The position numbers and the translations under genes are program-made. This document shows, in pieces, positions 10,337 through 21,664 of a stretch of DNA of 64,000 nt. The stretch covers positions 1,760,001 to 1,824,000 of the forward strand of contig OY761556.1 in the NCBI GenBank assembly GCA_963664705.1, read 5' to 3'. The notes below the pieces were generated by a model that saw only the letters and a list, made by a program, of their open reading frames with translations, did not search any database and was not told the origin of the DNA. How positions within the stretch are numbered: the stretch's first letter is position 1; every line of letters begins with the position of its first letter. Source of the DNA: Acidobacteriota bacterium (GTDB taxonomy: Bacteria > Acidobacteriota > UBA6911).

Positions 10337-10743
10337 AGCGGCGCAATGAAAGTAGTCAGGCTGAGATGCCGGCGATCCCAAGGGCCACCTCCTGGTGTCG
10401 CATTCCGCAAATACAAATTACCGCAATAGTCAAATCCCAGTTTAGATTCCGTTCCCTTCCTGCTCCGACAAATCTTGACTCCAGAGCACCTGGATAGTTT
10501 TTCCAAACCAATTGTTGCGACCTTTTCCTGAGGCGGCGCCATTCGCGTATGGAATGGCTTGCGGATCAATGCCGGTAGTGTACACCGTCCCTAAGGCGTG
10601 CATGGACGTTGCTTTTCACGGAGGGTTGCGTAAGAATGCTGCAGGTCGCTTTTGTCTGCGATAGGAGTTTGGTCCAGGCGGATACCATTGTCGGCAATTA
10701 ATTCCAATATCCTTTTAGGACATTCAAATTTGGGGGAGGTTTT

Positions 10744-11571
10744 ATGATTCGCGCATTGGTAAGTATCGCTCTTTTGCTATGCAGCACGGCAGTGGTTCGC
10801 GCCCAGTGTACGCGTTCAATGCTCCAGGCGGCTGCAGACAGCTATATCGCGGCACAAAAGGCCGGCAATATCTCCAAGATGTCACTCGCGCCCAAAGTAA
10901 AGTTCATTGAAAACATGTCGGATACGACAAAGGAAAAAGGATTATGGAATACAGCGCTTCCGATTGCTTTACATCGGAGTATCTATGACGCTGCGCGCTG
11001 CAAGACCTTCAGTGAGGTAATTGTCACTGGAGGCGGGCATCCATATGTCATCGGGACGCGTTTGACCGTAAAAGACGGAGCCATTACGGAGATCGATAGC
11101 CTTGTTACGGACAAAGATGACTGGTTGTTTAATGCAGAGGACTATCTGAAATACTCATCCGCCGAAGATTGGCCGGTCCTGGCCGTGGATGATCGCGTCA
11201 GCCGGCAGGATCTTGTGGATGCTGCCAACCAATACTTTGATTTTGTATTTCTGGACCGGTTTATTCGACCACCATGGGGAACTCCATGCGCGCGGCTGGA
11301 GGGTGGCGCCTATACAAATGCCAAGAACGAGTCCAAGGATACCTGCCAGATACCGGCTCCATTAGGCAACATGTATGTCATTAACCGCAGCTACATTGTG
11401 GACGAGGAAATGGGTACCGTAAATGTTTTCTGCCGGTTCGGTGGGGACGCCGGTATGCCTGATTCCCATACATTCAGACTGGTGAATGGCCGGTATCGTT
11501 GGATCCACACCCTGAGTGTCAATCTGACCGGAAAACCTGTGGTTGTTCCCAAGTTCGAGCCGGAAAAATAG
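10744..11571 (+). CDS. Secreted protein of unknown function (distant paralog of 37983-38876)
   Basis: RBS ggagg, signal peptide ending VRA-Q, several Cys, shares motifs with 37983-38876. Confidence 0.8.
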   Translation: MIRALVSIALLLCSTAVVRAQCTRSMLQAAADSYIAAQKAGNISKMSLAPKVKFIENMSDTTKEKGLWNTALPIALHRSIYDAARCKTFSEVIVTGGGHPYVIGTRLTVKDGAITEIDSLVTDKDDWLFNAEDYLKYSSAEDWPVLAVDDRVSRQDLVDAANQYFDFVFLDRFIRPPWGTPCARLEGGAYTNAKNESKDTCQIPAPLGNMYVINRSYIVDEEMGTVNVFCRFGGDAGMPDSHTFRLVNGRYRWIHTLSVNLTGKPVVVPKFEPEK

Positions 11572-11904
11572 AAATTCTAGGGCAAAGCGTGGAATTCGTG
11601 GCGGAACTGCGGTCACGGATTTAGCACAAGCGAAGCGTAATTTGTGGCATAGCTTTTGGACATTTGGAGTAGAATGGATGCCATTAACCATCTGTTCTTA
11701 ACGGCGGCTGTCAACACCTTGATTCTCGACAGGGTGTTTCGGATAGAATACGTGAGAGCTATTCGGAAGCCGGACTCACAATTTGCATTCCTGGAATTAT
11801 CGTCGCGGGCAAACTGTACTTGTCCTGATTGCGATCATTGTTGGTGCTGAGGTTGGTAGTCCGATAGAAATCTGGATGCCGAAGTCTGGTATGGAGGTGT
11901 CTCC

Positions 11905-12933
11905 ATGAAAGAACAGGTTCTATTTGTGGACGACGACGGGCTCATTCTTCAAGCCATGAAGCGTGCTTTTCGACAGGATGTGGATCTGGCGGTTCTAACC
12001 GCATCCAATGCACGCGAAGCAATGCAGATCATAAGGGAAACAGAGATTCCGGTCATTGTCTCGGATCAGGATATGCCGGGGATGAGCGGTATCGAATTCC
12101 TGGAATGGGCCAAGAGGGCGAGGCCTGACAGTATTCGTATTTTGCTTACCGGGTTTGCGGATTTTGGCGTCGCCATCAATTCAATTAATCGATGCGAGGT
12201 ATACCGGTTTATCGCCAAGCCGTGGAACACAAAAGAACTTAGAGCTACGGTAAGAGAGGCGCTGCAGAAATACCGGGTTATTGCGTGTTTGAAATCCGGT
12301 CATGAATCAAAGCTCCTTTCGCTCGTTCGAACCATTGAACTGAAGGACCCCTATACGAGAGGGCATTCTGAAAGAGTGGCCGAGTATTCAATCCAGCTGG
12401 CGGATGCCATGGGACTGTCGCCGGAAGAGAAGTCGAATCTTCGATTTGGTGGCTTCATTCACGATATTGGCAAAATTGGTATTTCTGAGACTATTCTCAA
12501 TAAGAGAGAAGCGCTGACAACGGAGGAGCGGGAGATCATCAAGCAGCATTCGCGCTGGAGTGGAGAGGTCGCGGAAATGGCGGGATTACATCCTGGAATC
12601 GTGAATGTTGCGCTATATCATCACGAAAGATTTGATGGCAAAGGCTATCCCGGCGGGCTTGCCGGAAATGAAATCCCGGTTTTGGCACGCATTGCCAGTA
12701 TTGCGGATGTTTACGACGCTATGGCGCTGGATCGGCCTTATCGGAAAGGGATGGATCATGCCGCCCTCCTTGAATATCTGAAGAGCGAACGCCATCAGGC
12801 CTTTGATCCGGAAATTGCTGATCTCTTTATTGCAGAGATGAAAAAGAGAAGAAAAGGTAAAGTCATCCTCGCGCGCCCAAAAGGAAGAGAATCCAGAAAC
12901 GTTGTGCGGAAGACTGCAGCCGGACAGTGGTAA
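11905..12933 (+). CDS. REC plus HD-GYP c-di-GMP phosphodiesterase (RpfG-like)
   Basis: LFVDDD...SDQDMP...AKPW receiver; YTRGHSERV, HDIGKIG, HHERFDGKGYP, ADVYDAM, RPYR. Confidence 0.93.
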   Translation: MKEQVLFVDDDGLILQAMKRAFRQDVDLAVLTASNAREAMQIIRETEIPVIVSDQDMPGMSGIEFLEWAKRARPDSIRILLTGFADFGVAINSINRCEVYRFIAKPWNTKELRATVREALQKYRVIACLKSGHESKLLSLVRTIELKDPYTRGHSERVAEYSIQLADAMGLSPEEKSNLRFGGFIHDIGKIGISETILNKREALTTEEREIIKQHSRWSGEVAEMAGLHPGIVNVALYHHERFDGKGYPGGLAGNEIPVLARIASIADVYDAMALDRPYRKGMDHAALLEYLKSERHQAFDPEIADLFIAEMKKRRKGKVILARPKGRESRNVVRKTAAGQW

Positions 12934-12986
12934 CAGGTTAGAGGAGACATGCCAGTTCGCGTGCAGGATGCATTCGAGCGCAATGC

Positions 12987-14762
12987 CTATTGCAAATCCT
13001 GCTTGGTTCTGCTGAAGATCTTGCGTCCGCGAAAATAGGTAGCAAGCACAAAGGTCTGGTGCGGATCGCCAATCATTTTTGGCGGAGTCCGGAGAATATC
13101 CCTGTTCAAGATAACGAAGTCCGCTGATTTCCCAGCCTCAATCGATCCCGAAATATTGTCAAGCGACATCGACTTCGCACCATTGATGGTGAAGCTGTCC
13201 ATCATTTGTTCAAGGGTGCATCGCTCCCTGGGCCAGAGCACCTCTTTGCCGCTCGATCCTTCCTGGTACCAGCGAAGCACGCCGGTTTCAATGCCGATGA
13301 GCGGGTTTGGGGGAAGGGTGACGGGATAATCGCTGGAGGAAGCTACCAGGACTCCATTTTTAAGAAAGCTATGCATCGGATACTCCCGGTCAGCCCGAAG
13401 TTTTCCCAGATAGGGGACTTGTATATTCCAGAAGTAGTATTTGTCGATGACAAACCAGTAGGGCTGAACAACGGCAATAGTGCCAAGCTTCTCAAATCGT
13501 AGAATATCCTCGGGGGCAACCAGCTGCAAATGCGTGATCGACGGCGGTATTGCCGGATTGCCTGCCGCGTTTTGGGCAGCCGCGATTGCATCCAGCGCCA
13601 TGCGCACTGCCGCGTCTCCAATGGCATGATAATGAAGGCCAAAACCCGCTTTCGCCGCTGCGGTGGATGCAGAGTTCAAGGCAGCGGAAGGCCACATCGG
13701 CATGCCGCGGTACCCGGGTTGCCCGTTATATTTTGCTGCATCTGTATAGGGGTGGAGCAAGTACCCGGTATGACCTTCGATAACACCATCGACAAAAAAC
13801 TTTGCGGAAGAAACCTGAAAGAGGGGATTTGCATATTTTGCACGTTCTGATGCCGCTGCCTGTATTTGTTGGGCAAGCGGCTCTTCGGGGCTGATCACTG
13901 CAGCGGTCCGAATACGCATGGAAAGCTTGCCGGATCTTGCGAGGCTTGCAAAGGCAGCCATTTGTGGCCCGCCGAGTGGAAGCCCCGGAACGAATATCTG
14001 GGTGATGCCCAAAGGCCCTGCCACCGTTTTCTGAAAATATACAATGGCGTCTTCATATTGCTGCTGCGTGTAGGCGGGAATTACATTATTAACAAGACTC
14101 ATGGCTTCTTCGCGAAGCGTTCCTGCGGGTATGCCATTCGGCAGCCGCTCTATCTTCCCATTTTGAGGATCCTTGGTGCTTTTTGTGATGTGCGCCAGTT
14201 CCAGAGCCTTGCTGTTGATCCAAACCGAATGGCCATCCTGGGAGCGAAGAACCACGGGTTTGGCAGGAATGATCCGGTCCAGATCCGATGCCAGAGGCCC
14301 GATTCCCGGTGCGACTCCGTTAACCCAGCCCATACCGCGATACCCGCGCAGGCCGGGAAACGCTTTAGCAAAGTCACCAATTTGTCGCAGATAGTCCTTC
14401 AATGTTGCATTGATTACATCTGTAAAGGAAATTTCGTAGAGTGCCTGGATGCCACCCTGATCAAGGTGGGCGTGGGCATCGGTAAACGCCGGCATCAACA
14501 GTCTTGATTTCAGATTGATCTGAATGGTTTTGGGGCCGATGTAAGATTGAGCCCGGGAGTCGTTCCCGACAAAAACAATTTTGTCGTCCCGGATGGCAAC
14601 AGCCTGGGCAATGGCATGTGCCTTGTCTGCGGTATAAATGACTCCATTGAAAAAGATCGTATCGGCTGGGGCCGGAGTTCCGGCCAGGCCGCATTGCGCT
14701 ATTACAAATAAAAGCAGGGCAGCGAAAGCCCGATTTGCGAATGTGTATTGCCCTTGCCTCAC
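12987..14762 (-). CDS. Exported amidohydrolase, YtcJ/Amidohydro_3 family
   Basis: Signal peptide; PAFTDAHAH, KFFVDG, HAIGD, THLQ, SSDYPV, GSIEAGKSADFVIL. Confidence 0.9.
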   Translation of the reverse strand: MRQGQYTFANRAFAALLLFVIAQCGLAGTPAPADTIFFNGVIYTADKAHAIAQAVAIRDDKIVFVGNDSRAQSYIGPKTIQINLKSRLLMPAFTDAHAHLDQGGIQALYEISFTDVINATLKDYLRQIGDFAKAFPGLRGYRGMGWVNGVAPGIGPLASDLDRIIPAKPVVLRSQDGHSVWINSKALELAHITKSTKDPQNGKIERLPNGIPAGTLREEAMSLVNNVIPAYTQQQYEDAIVYFQKTVAGPLGITQIFVPGLPLGGPQMAAFASLARSGKLSMRIRTAAVISPEEPLAQQIQAAASERAKYANPLFQVSSAKFFVDGVIEGHTGYLLHPYTDAAKYNGQPGYRGMPMWPSAALNSASTAAAKAGFGLHYHAIGDAAVRMALDAIAAAQNAAGNPAIPPSITHLQLVAPEDILRFEKLGTIAVVQPYWFVIDKYYFWNIQVPYLGKLRADREYPMHSFLKNGVLVASSSDYPVTLPPNPLIGIETGVLRWYQEGSSGKEVLWPRERCTLEQMMDSFTINGAKSMSLDNISGSIEAGKSADFVILNRDILRTPPKMIGDPHQTFVLATYFRGRKIFSRTKQDLQ

Positions 14763-14775
14763 TAAATATCCTTCG

Positions 14776-14874
14776 GAAAATTCAATATCGAGGTCCGACC
14801 CCCGATATTGAATTTTCAGGTGAAAATCGGTGGAGGAGCGGGAGGTGCCCGATGGTCCATCGCACTCCCGTTCC
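14776..14874 (-). terminator. Two tandem hairpins between the SDR stop and the amidohydrolase start
   Basis: 15-bp stem gaaaattcaatatcg/cgatattgaattttc (14776-14817); imperfect GC stem about 14835-14874. Confidence 0.55.
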
Positions 14875-14877
14875 GGC

Positions 14878-15696
14878 TTAGCGGAATTGATTGCTTTCCT
14901 CGGAGGAAATGAATGTCGACTCAGTGGTCAGCATAGGCTGTCCACCAGCTACACACATAACCTGTCCGGTAACATAGGAGGAAAGCTCCGAAGCAAAAAA
15001 CAAAGCAGGGCCCGCGATATCTTCCGGAGTACCCATTCTTCCCAACGGCACTTCCTTCTTTGCCAATGCGGCGAAAAAGGCTTTCTTCTGCTCCGGGGTC
15101 ATACCCTTGGATAGTGGATCCCAGAAAGGCGTTTCAATCGGGCCCGGAACAATACAATTGGCGTAGATATTGAAAGGGGCAAGTTCGAACGCGAGGTTTT
15201 TAACAAGCCCGATGATTCCAGCCTTGGCAGAATGATAGGCTAAAACTGAGACGGATGGGCGAACGGCACCCATGGATGAGATGAAGATCAATTTGCCATA
15301 TCGCTGCTTTTTCATATAGGGCACGGCCGCCTTGCATGCCAGGAATGCGCCTTTGAGATTCAGCGCCAGCACATAATCCCATTCGTCTTCATCGGAAGCC
15401 TCCAGGCTGCCGCCTCCGGCGGCACCCGCGTTGTTGACCAGGATGTCGATTTTGCCGAACTTCTTAATGGACTGATCAATCAAGGACTTGATCTCGTTGC
15501 TTTTGGACATGTCTGCCTTGATCGCAATAGCCTGCCGTCCCGCGGATTTAATCTCATCCACAACGGTTTGTGCCTGATCCATTTTGATATCCGCGACCAC
15601 GATGTCGCATCCTTCGCGTGCGAATTTCAGGGCCATGGCCTTGCCCATTCCGTTGGCACTGCCGGTGATTACCGCCACTCTGTTATCAAGTAACAA
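14878..15696 (-). CDS. Short-chain dehydrogenase/reductase
   Basis: TGSANGMG, NNAG, YHSAK, PG motifs. Confidence 0.92.
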   Translation of the reverse strand: MLLDNRVAVITGSANGMGKAMALKFAREGCDIVVADIKMDQAQTVVDEIKSAGRQAIAIKADMSKSNEIKSLIDQSIKKFGKIDILVNNAGAAGGGSLEASDEDEWDYVLALNLKGAFLACKAAVPYMKKQRYGKLIFISSMGAVRPSVSVLAYHSAKAGIIGLVKNLAFELAPFNIYANCIVPGPIETPFWDPLSKGMTPEQKKAFFAALAKKEVPLGRMGTPEDIAGPALFFASELSSYVTGQVMCVAGGQPMLTTESTFISSEESNQFR

Positions 15697-16198
15697 GTTG
15701 AATGCCTCCGTGTTCTGGAAATGCCGGGATGTCGATCCCGGGAAAGTGACGACAGAATATATGATTTATAAAATAAAAGAAGCGAAAACCTCGACAACAC
15801 GCTTCAACATTCCGGAAATACTCATCAGGCGCTTTTGCGCTCAAACCACAATGATCGCGCGAGAGCTTTGAGGTTTTATCGCATCGAATGGATGGTACGA
15901 CTCTATGGATCCATAATGGCCGGCTATCCTGCCGCCAAATGCAAGATCCTGAGAATCAGTCGAGATCACAGCGAAAAAGTATGATGTCGTTTTGGATTTC
16001 TGTGATAAATACAGGCCGGACGACTCAATTAAGCATCTGTTTAAGACAACCGAAGGGCTGGACCTCCCTTGCGCAGCGGATTGCATTTGCAAATGCAGCG
16101 CATGGAAAAGTTCAGGGATACGCCAGTGGAATGCCCTGAAAAGGGCAAATCAAAACCAGGTTGTGAAGCCATGGGTATTGTCCGGCCAAGGAGAGACA

Positions 16199-17665
16199 AT
16201 GGAAAGATATAAAATGTGGATAGGTGGCCAGTGGGTGGACGCCGAATCAGGCAAGACATTCCGCACGTACAACCCGGCAAACGGGGAGGAGGTTGCGGAA
16301 GTTCCGCTGGGCAACAGGACAGATGTAGATAAGGCTGTTGCGGCCGCGCGAAAGGCATTTCCGGCATGGTCCAGGCGGACCCAAGAGGAGCGATCGGAGT
16401 GGGTTCTAAAGATCGCCGAAAAGATCAAAGAGCATAAAGAGGAGCTGGTGCAATATGAGATAAGAGAACACGGTGCAACAGCGCGGCATGCTCCCATGAT
16501 GATTACTTTTGCCACCAAGAATATCGAACTCGCTGCTGCCGGTGCCCGAGTTCACATGGGTAAGGTTCTGCCGGCAACGCCCAGCAAAGGCGCTGCTCCC
16601 GGCACATCCAATACTCTATGCTATTTGAAATACGAACCCTACGGCGTATGCGCGCTCATCACCCCCTGGAACGTACCCACATTACTGCTTGCCACCAAGA
16701 TCGGTCCATGTCTCGCGACCGGTAATACCTGCGTCGTCAAACCTCCAAGCATCAACTCGGGCATCGGCCTGAGACTTGCGGAGATTATCAGCGAGGTCGG
16801 ATTGCCGGAAGGCATCATCAATTTTGTCACCGGTCCAGGGAGCAAAATCGGCAATGATCTTTCCTCTCATCCGGGTATTGATTTCATCAGTTTTACCGGA
16901 AGCTCTGAGGTCGGTAAAACCATCATTGCCAATTCAAGCCAGACGGTTAAGACGCTCATGATGGAATTAGGCGGCAAGAATCCGGCTATTATCCTCGAGG
17001 ACGCCGATGTCGATGCCGCGGCTGAAGAGCTCTGCATGATCACCTTCGAAAATGTTGGGCAAAATTGCGCCCAGCCATCGCGGTTCTATGTACACGCAAA
17101 GGTTCACGACAGATTTGTTGAGAAGTTTGTTGCCACGGCAAACAGTATCAAGATCGGGGATCCGACGGACGAGGAAACGGTCATGGGGCCTGTGGTCAGC
17201 CAGGAACAACGCGATACCATTGAGCGCTATATAAAATCCGCGCTGGATGAGGGGGCAAAACTGGTATGCGGCGGAAAACGGCCAATGGGGCCGATTTTCG
17301 ACAAAGGCTTCTATCTGTCGCCCACGGTTTTTACGGATCTGACTCCCAATATGACCATTGCTCGTGAGGAAGTGTTTGGGCCGGTTGTGGGAATTTTTAG
17401 TTTTTCCTCCGATGAAAAGGTTCTGGAAGCAGCCAACGACAGTGTTTTCGGGCTGTGCGCCTCAGTTTGGACAAGGGACTATGCCCGCGGTATCAAGTTT
17501 GTAAATGAATTGCAGGCCGGTTCGGTTTGGATCAACCAGCATATGAATCTGGTCGCGGAAACTCCCTGGGGGGGATTCAAGGAGAGCGGTCTGATGAAGG
17601 AGGGGGGCGTCCTGGGGGCGGAGGGATATACGCAGCTGAAGTATGTGGTGATTAAGCATTGCTAG
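16199..17665 (+). CDS. NAD(P)-dependent aldehyde dehydrogenase
   Basis: PWN, FTGS, ELGGKN, catalytic GQNC, EEVFGP, WGGFKESG. Start set at MERYKMW after RBS aaggag. Confidence 0.93.
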   Translation: MERYKMWIGGQWVDAESGKTFRTYNPANGEEVAEVPLGNRTDVDKAVAAARKAFPAWSRRTQEERSEWVLKIAEKIKEHKEELVQYEIREHGATARHAPMMITFATKNIELAAAGARVHMGKVLPATPSKGAAPGTSNTLCYLKYEPYGVCALITPWNVPTLLLATKIGPCLATGNTCVVKPPSINSGIGLRLAEIISEVGLPEGIINFVTGPGSKIGNDLSSHPGIDFISFTGSSEVGKTIIANSSQTVKTLMMELGGKNPAIILEDADVDAAAEELCMITFENVGQNCAQPSRFYVHAKVHDRFVEKFVATANSIKIGDPTDEETVMGPVVSQEQRDTIERYIKSALDEGAKLVCGGKRPMGPIFDKGFYLSPTVFTDLTPNMTIAREEVFGPVVGIFSFSSDEKVLEAANDSVFGLCASVWTRDYARGIKFVNELQAGSVWINQHMNLVAETPWGGFKESGLMKEGGVLGAEGYTQLKYVVIKHC

Positions 17666-17757
17666 TTCTGTAATGCGGGTTCCTTCCTCTTTTGCCAAGC
17701 TGAATTCGGGAACCCGCTTCGGAATGGGCGCTTCAGTCAACAGACAAACACTTATCT

Positions 17758-18780
17758 ATGAGCCGCATGAAATTTCTTTTTGCAGGCCTTGGGGCCCTTT
17801 TTCAAATTGCCGCCCTTGCTTTTTGCATCGAAAACAGGGTAACAAGGCTGGAGTTCACCAGCGCGCTCCCATCCCACGATAAACTCAGTGCAGTTTTGGA
17901 GGATTGGTGCAGGGAACTGGAAAGACGAAGTGGAGGAAGCATCAAAGCTTCATTCCATCCCGGAGGGATATTGACGCCTTCTGCCCAGATATTTGACTCT
18001 GTTACAACAGGCATTGCGGATATAGGGTTTGGCCCGATGGGAGTAACTCCCGGCAGATTCCCCATGATGGAAATATTGGAGCAGCCGTTGGGTATTGACA
18101 GTGCTGTCATGATGACGCGGATATCCAACGATTTTCTTCGTGCCTTTCGGCCAAAAGAATTCCAAAGGGTGAAGGTTCTATTCCTCCTGAGCGCAAGTCC
18201 AGGGCTATTGCATACCAAAACTCCTGTACGCCAATTAGAAGATTTGAAGGGGATGAAGATACGATGCCTGGGCGGAAGTGCGGCAAAAGTGCTCAAGGCC
18301 CTTGGCGCGGTACCCATTGTGATATCAACGGGGGATACCTACGATGCGCTGCGGAAAGGAATCGTCGATGGCGTGATTGCCGCCTGGGATTCTCTTGAAA
18401 CCATGAAATGGGGAGAGATTCTTCCGTACACCACGGTCAGTCGATATGCCTCGGTAGGAGCCCCTGGTTTTGTGATCATGAATAAAGACAAATGGGATTG
18501 TCTGCCCGCGGAGACGAAAGCCGTGATGGAGAGCATGTCGGAAGAATATTCGGCAAAGCTCAGCAGTCTCTGGGATGAAAAAGATCAGCATACAATCGGA
18601 AAATGGAAGGCAAAGAATCATGTCTCGATATTTCTCAATGGGAATGAGGAAAGGAAATGGGAGCAGGCTGTGCTGCCTCTGTATGAGGCCTTTGTAAGAG
18701 AGAAATCCGCAAAAGGTTTGCCTGCCTCGGAAGCCTTAGCATTCTGCAAAAGCTGGGTTGAGAGAAATCGGAAGAAATAA
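17758..18780 (+). CDS. dctP: TRAP transporter substrate-binding protein (DctP family)
   Basis: Signal-like N-terminus, TPGRFP, EDLKGMKIR, YDALRKGIVDG. Confidence 0.9.
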   Translation: MSRMKFLFAGLGALFQIAALAFCIENRVTRLEFTSALPSHDKLSAVLEDWCRELERRSGGSIKASFHPGGILTPSAQIFDSVTTGIADIGFGPMGVTPGRFPMMEILEQPLGIDSAVMMTRISNDFLRAFRPKEFQRVKVLFLLSASPGLLHTKTPVRQLEDLKGMKIRCLGGSAAKVLKALGAVPIVISTGDTYDALRKGIVDGVIAAWDSLETMKWGEILPYTTVSRYASVGAPGFVIMNKDKWDCLPAETKAVMESMSEEYSAKLSSLWDEKDQHTIGKWKAKNHVSIFLNGNEERKWEQAVLPLYEAFVREKSAKGLPASEALAFCKSWVERNRKK

Positions 18781-18834
18781 AGACATCGGTTAGCGATAGC
18801 GAGTAGAAAACTGCTGATTTCCCAAGGGTTGAAT

Positions 18835-19329
18835 ATGAAGAGGCTGATGGACACTTTGGCCGGACGAATGAGCGCGTGGATGGAAGTTGTTGCGGGAAGT
18901 GCCCTCATTGCTGTGATGCTATTGATCGGGGCGGACATAATAGGAAGACTTTTCGGCCATCCTGTTCCCGGTGCATACGAAATCGTATCCCTTGCCGGCG
19001 GACTGGTTCTGGGATTAGCGCTACCGGCCACCTCGATGGCGAAGGAGCATGTGTCCACCGATTTCATGACGGCCAGGCTCTCGACGACAATGAGACGGTT
19101 GCTCCATTTCGGGACGCGGCTCATTGGGATTGGCATTTTTGCCCTGGCAGGCTATGGCATGTTGATGATGGGAGTTCGGCTGAAGGAAGCGGGTGAGGTG
19201 ACGGCAGTGCTCGCATTCCCCTTTTACTATGTGGTTTACGCCCTGGGCGGGGCCCTAATCATCCAAACCCTAGTGCTTGTGGCTGAACTGTTTGCCGGAC
19301 CCAAAGATGAAAGGACGACGCAGCCATGA
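18835..19329 (+). CDS. dctQ: TRAP transporter small permease
   Basis: 4 TM segments, DIIGR, PVPGAYE, HVSTDF; lies between dctP and dctM. Confidence 0.88.
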   Translation: MKRLMDTLAGRMSAWMEVVAGSALIAVMLLIGADIIGRLFGHPVPGAYEIVSLAGGLVLGLALPATSMAKEHVSTDFMTARLSTTMRRLLHFGTRLIGIGIFALAGYGMLMMGVRLKEAGEVTAVLAFPFYYVVYALGGALIIQTLVLVAELFAGPKDERTTQP

Positions 19330-20621
19330 ATGAGGTGCTGATCGGTTGTGTCGGGCTTGGAGCCTTGCTGGTTCTTTTCCTGACGGGAATTGAGCTGGCC
19401 TTTGCCATGACATTCATTGGTTTTGCCGGTTTTGCCTGTTTGCGTTCATTTTCGGCAGCGGTCGACCTGTTGGCCAAGGATTTCTTTGACGCGTTTGCTT
19501 CCTACACTTTTGTTGTCATCCCGCTTTTTGTTTTGATGGGGCAGGTTGCCTACAATTCGGGAATTGCCGAAAAAATGTACGGGACATCCCGGAAATTCAT
19601 TGGTCACGTTCCGGGCGGACTGGCGCTGGCAACAGTCGTGGGCGCCACGATTTTCAAGGCGATCTCCGGGTCCAGCCTTGCCACGGCTGCAACGTTTTCC
19701 AGCGTCGCCATTCCTGAAATGGATAAATGCGGTTACAGCCGACGGCTTTCAACGGGTGTGGTTGCAAGCACCGGGACGCTTGGCATTCTGATCCCACCAA
19801 GTGGAACGCTTATTATCCTGGCCATGATCACGGATCAATCTATAGGGAAGCTGTTTTTGGCAGGAATCATTCCGGGACTTCTGATTGCAGTTCTCTTTCT
19901 CATCACCATCGTGTCGTGGTGCGGAATCAATCCTTCGCTTGCGCCTCGCGGAATTGCATCGAACTGGCGTGAGAGAGTTCACTCCATACCGATGATTTTC
20001 TGGCCGCTATTGATTTTTGGCGTGACTGTCGGGGGATTGCTCGGCGGCATTTTTACTCCGACAGAAGCCGGCAGCGTAGGCGCCATTTCCGTTTTGGTCC
20101 TGACATTCCTGAAGCGCGATCTTCACTCCGAAGGGTTCAAAAAATCAATTCGGGAATCTTTGCGCATGGGATGCATGGTTTTGTTGCTCATCGGCGGATC
20201 TGCGGTCCTCGGGCATTTTGTTGTGGTTTCAAAAATTCCGAGTGTCGTGGCGAACTGGACGCTGAGCCTCTCGCTGCCTTCATCGATAATCATGATCGTG
20301 ATTTTGCTGATCTACCTGATTGGTGGGTCCTTTGTGGATGATATGGCGTTCATGATTCTGGCTACTCCTATATTCTTCCCGGTTGCCCTGAAATTGGGAT
20401 ATGACCCCATCTGGTTCTGCATTGTCATCGGGGTAACGATGATGATTGGCGTTATTACGCCCCCCGTAGCCGTGGCCGCATTTATTGTTCGAAATATTAC
20501 CCGTGAACCGATCGGACAAATTTATCGAGGCGTATTGCCGTTCCTGATAACGATGGTTCTTTGCCTGTTGCTTCTTTTTCTATTTCCGCAAATTGCAACT
20601 TATCTCCCAAAGCGGTTCTAA
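19326..20621 (+). CDS. dctM: TRAP transporter large permease
   Basis: IPLFVLMG, SGSSLAT, GTLGILIPPS, FTPTEAG, DPIWF, ITPPV. Confidence 0.93.
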   Translation: MNEVLIGCVGLGALLVLFLTGIELAFAMTFIGFAGFACLRSFSAAVDLLAKDFFDAFASYTFVVIPLFVLMGQVAYNSGIAEKMYGTSRKFIGHVPGGLALATVVGATIFKAISGSSLATAATFSSVAIPEMDKCGYSRRLSTGVVASTGTLGILIPPSGTLIILAMITDQSIGKLFLAGIIPGLLIAVLFLITIVSWCGINPSLAPRGIASNWRERVHSIPMIFWPLLIFGVTVGGLLGGIFTPTEAGSVGAISVLVLTFLKRDLHSEGFKKSIRESLRMGCMVLLLIGGSAVLGHFVVVSKIPSVVANWTLSLSLPSSIIMIVILLIYLIGGSFVDDMAFMILATPIFFPVALKLGYDPIWFCIVIGVTMMIGVITPPVAVAAFIVRNITREPIGQIYRGVLPFLITMVLCLLLLFLFPQIATYLPKRF

Positions 20622-20902
20622 ATGCGTTCATGAGCCCTTCCTCATTCGAATGAAATATTTGGACAAAATGCAAGTTCAGAGGTTGCTATTCCGCAAGACA
20701 TCTCTGAGAATAGGATCATCGAGATATAAACGATGAATTTATAAAGGAGCAGGAGGCTGTCAGCCTTCACCTGAAGGGAATCCCGATTGAGCGATGAGCG
20801 ATCAGGTTCGAGCGGTTCTACTCTGGACTGTCATTGTACAAGCGTGTAACACCAGCGTTAAACCCTGGAAGGGTTCTCTGGATAATGAGATACGGAGAGA
20901 AT

Positions 20903-21664
20903 ATGCCAAGTGAATACCAAGGCAAGGTTGTTCTGGTAACTGGAGGGGCCTATGGCATTGGCAGGGCCGCTGCCATAGGGTTTGCGCTGAGGGGTGCCAA
21001 GGTGGTGATTGCAGACCGCGATGCGAAGCGAGGGGAAGAAACAGTGCAGCAGGTTAAGGATGCCGGTGGCGATGCCCTGTTTGTTCGAACCGATGTTTCG
21101 TCTGAAACGGATGTCGAAGCGCTTGTAAAGAAAACGGTCGAAACTTACGGAAAGCTCGATTGCGCATTCAATAATGCCGGGATCCATAAACAGTTTGTGT
21201 CTACGGTTGATTTCAAATCCGCTGATTGGGATGAGATGATCAACATCAACTTGAAGAGCGTGTGGCTTTGCATGAAATACGAGATCGCGCAGATGCTCAA
21301 GCAAGGCAAAGGCTCGATCGTCAACACCTCCTCCGCTGCAGGTTTGGTAGGTGCTCCAAGCAATCCTGCATATCCGGCCAGTAAACATGGTGTGGTTGGA
21401 ATCACCAAGTCCACAGCGCTTGAGTTTGCGCGTAAGGGAATCAGGGTGAACTGTGTCTGTCCTGGGCCGACCCGAACCGGTATGAATGAGGAGCTGGTGG
21501 CCACGAATCCTGAGATTGTCAAGGCAATGGACCAGAAGGTTCCCATGGGAAGGATTGGGGAGCCGGAGGAGGTGGCTGCCGCGGCCATTTTCCTATGTTC
21601 CGATGAAGCCTCTTACATAACGGGGCACGCATTGCCGGTCGACGGCGGCATTGTCGCGGATTGA
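20903..21664 (+). CDS. Short-chain dehydrogenase/reductase
   Basis: TGGAYGIG, LDCAFNNAG, YPASKHG, VDGG. Start at MPSEYQ after RBS ggag. Confidence 0.92.
   Translation: MPSEYQGKVVLVTGGAYGIGRAAAIGFALRGAKVVIADRDAKRGEETVQQVKDAGGDALFVRTDVSSETDVEALVKKTVETYGKLDCAFNNAGIHKQFVSTVDFKSADWDEMININLKSVWLCMKYEIAQMLKQGKGSIVNTSSAAGLVGAPSNPAYPASKHGVVGITKSTALEFARKGIRVNCVCPGPTRTGMNEELVATNPEIVKAMDQKVPMGRIGEPEEVAAAAIFLCSDEASYITGHALPVDGGIVAD

Noticed and set aside
15999-16013. CTGT-N7-ACAG resembling a LexA box
   Set aside because: The spacer is 7 rather than 8 nt and no SOS genes are adjacent.
15992-16198. Cys-rich N-terminal extension of the ALDH in the ORF track
   Set aside because: It starts at TTG inside the divergent promoter region; a good RBS and a typical ALDH start occur at 16199.
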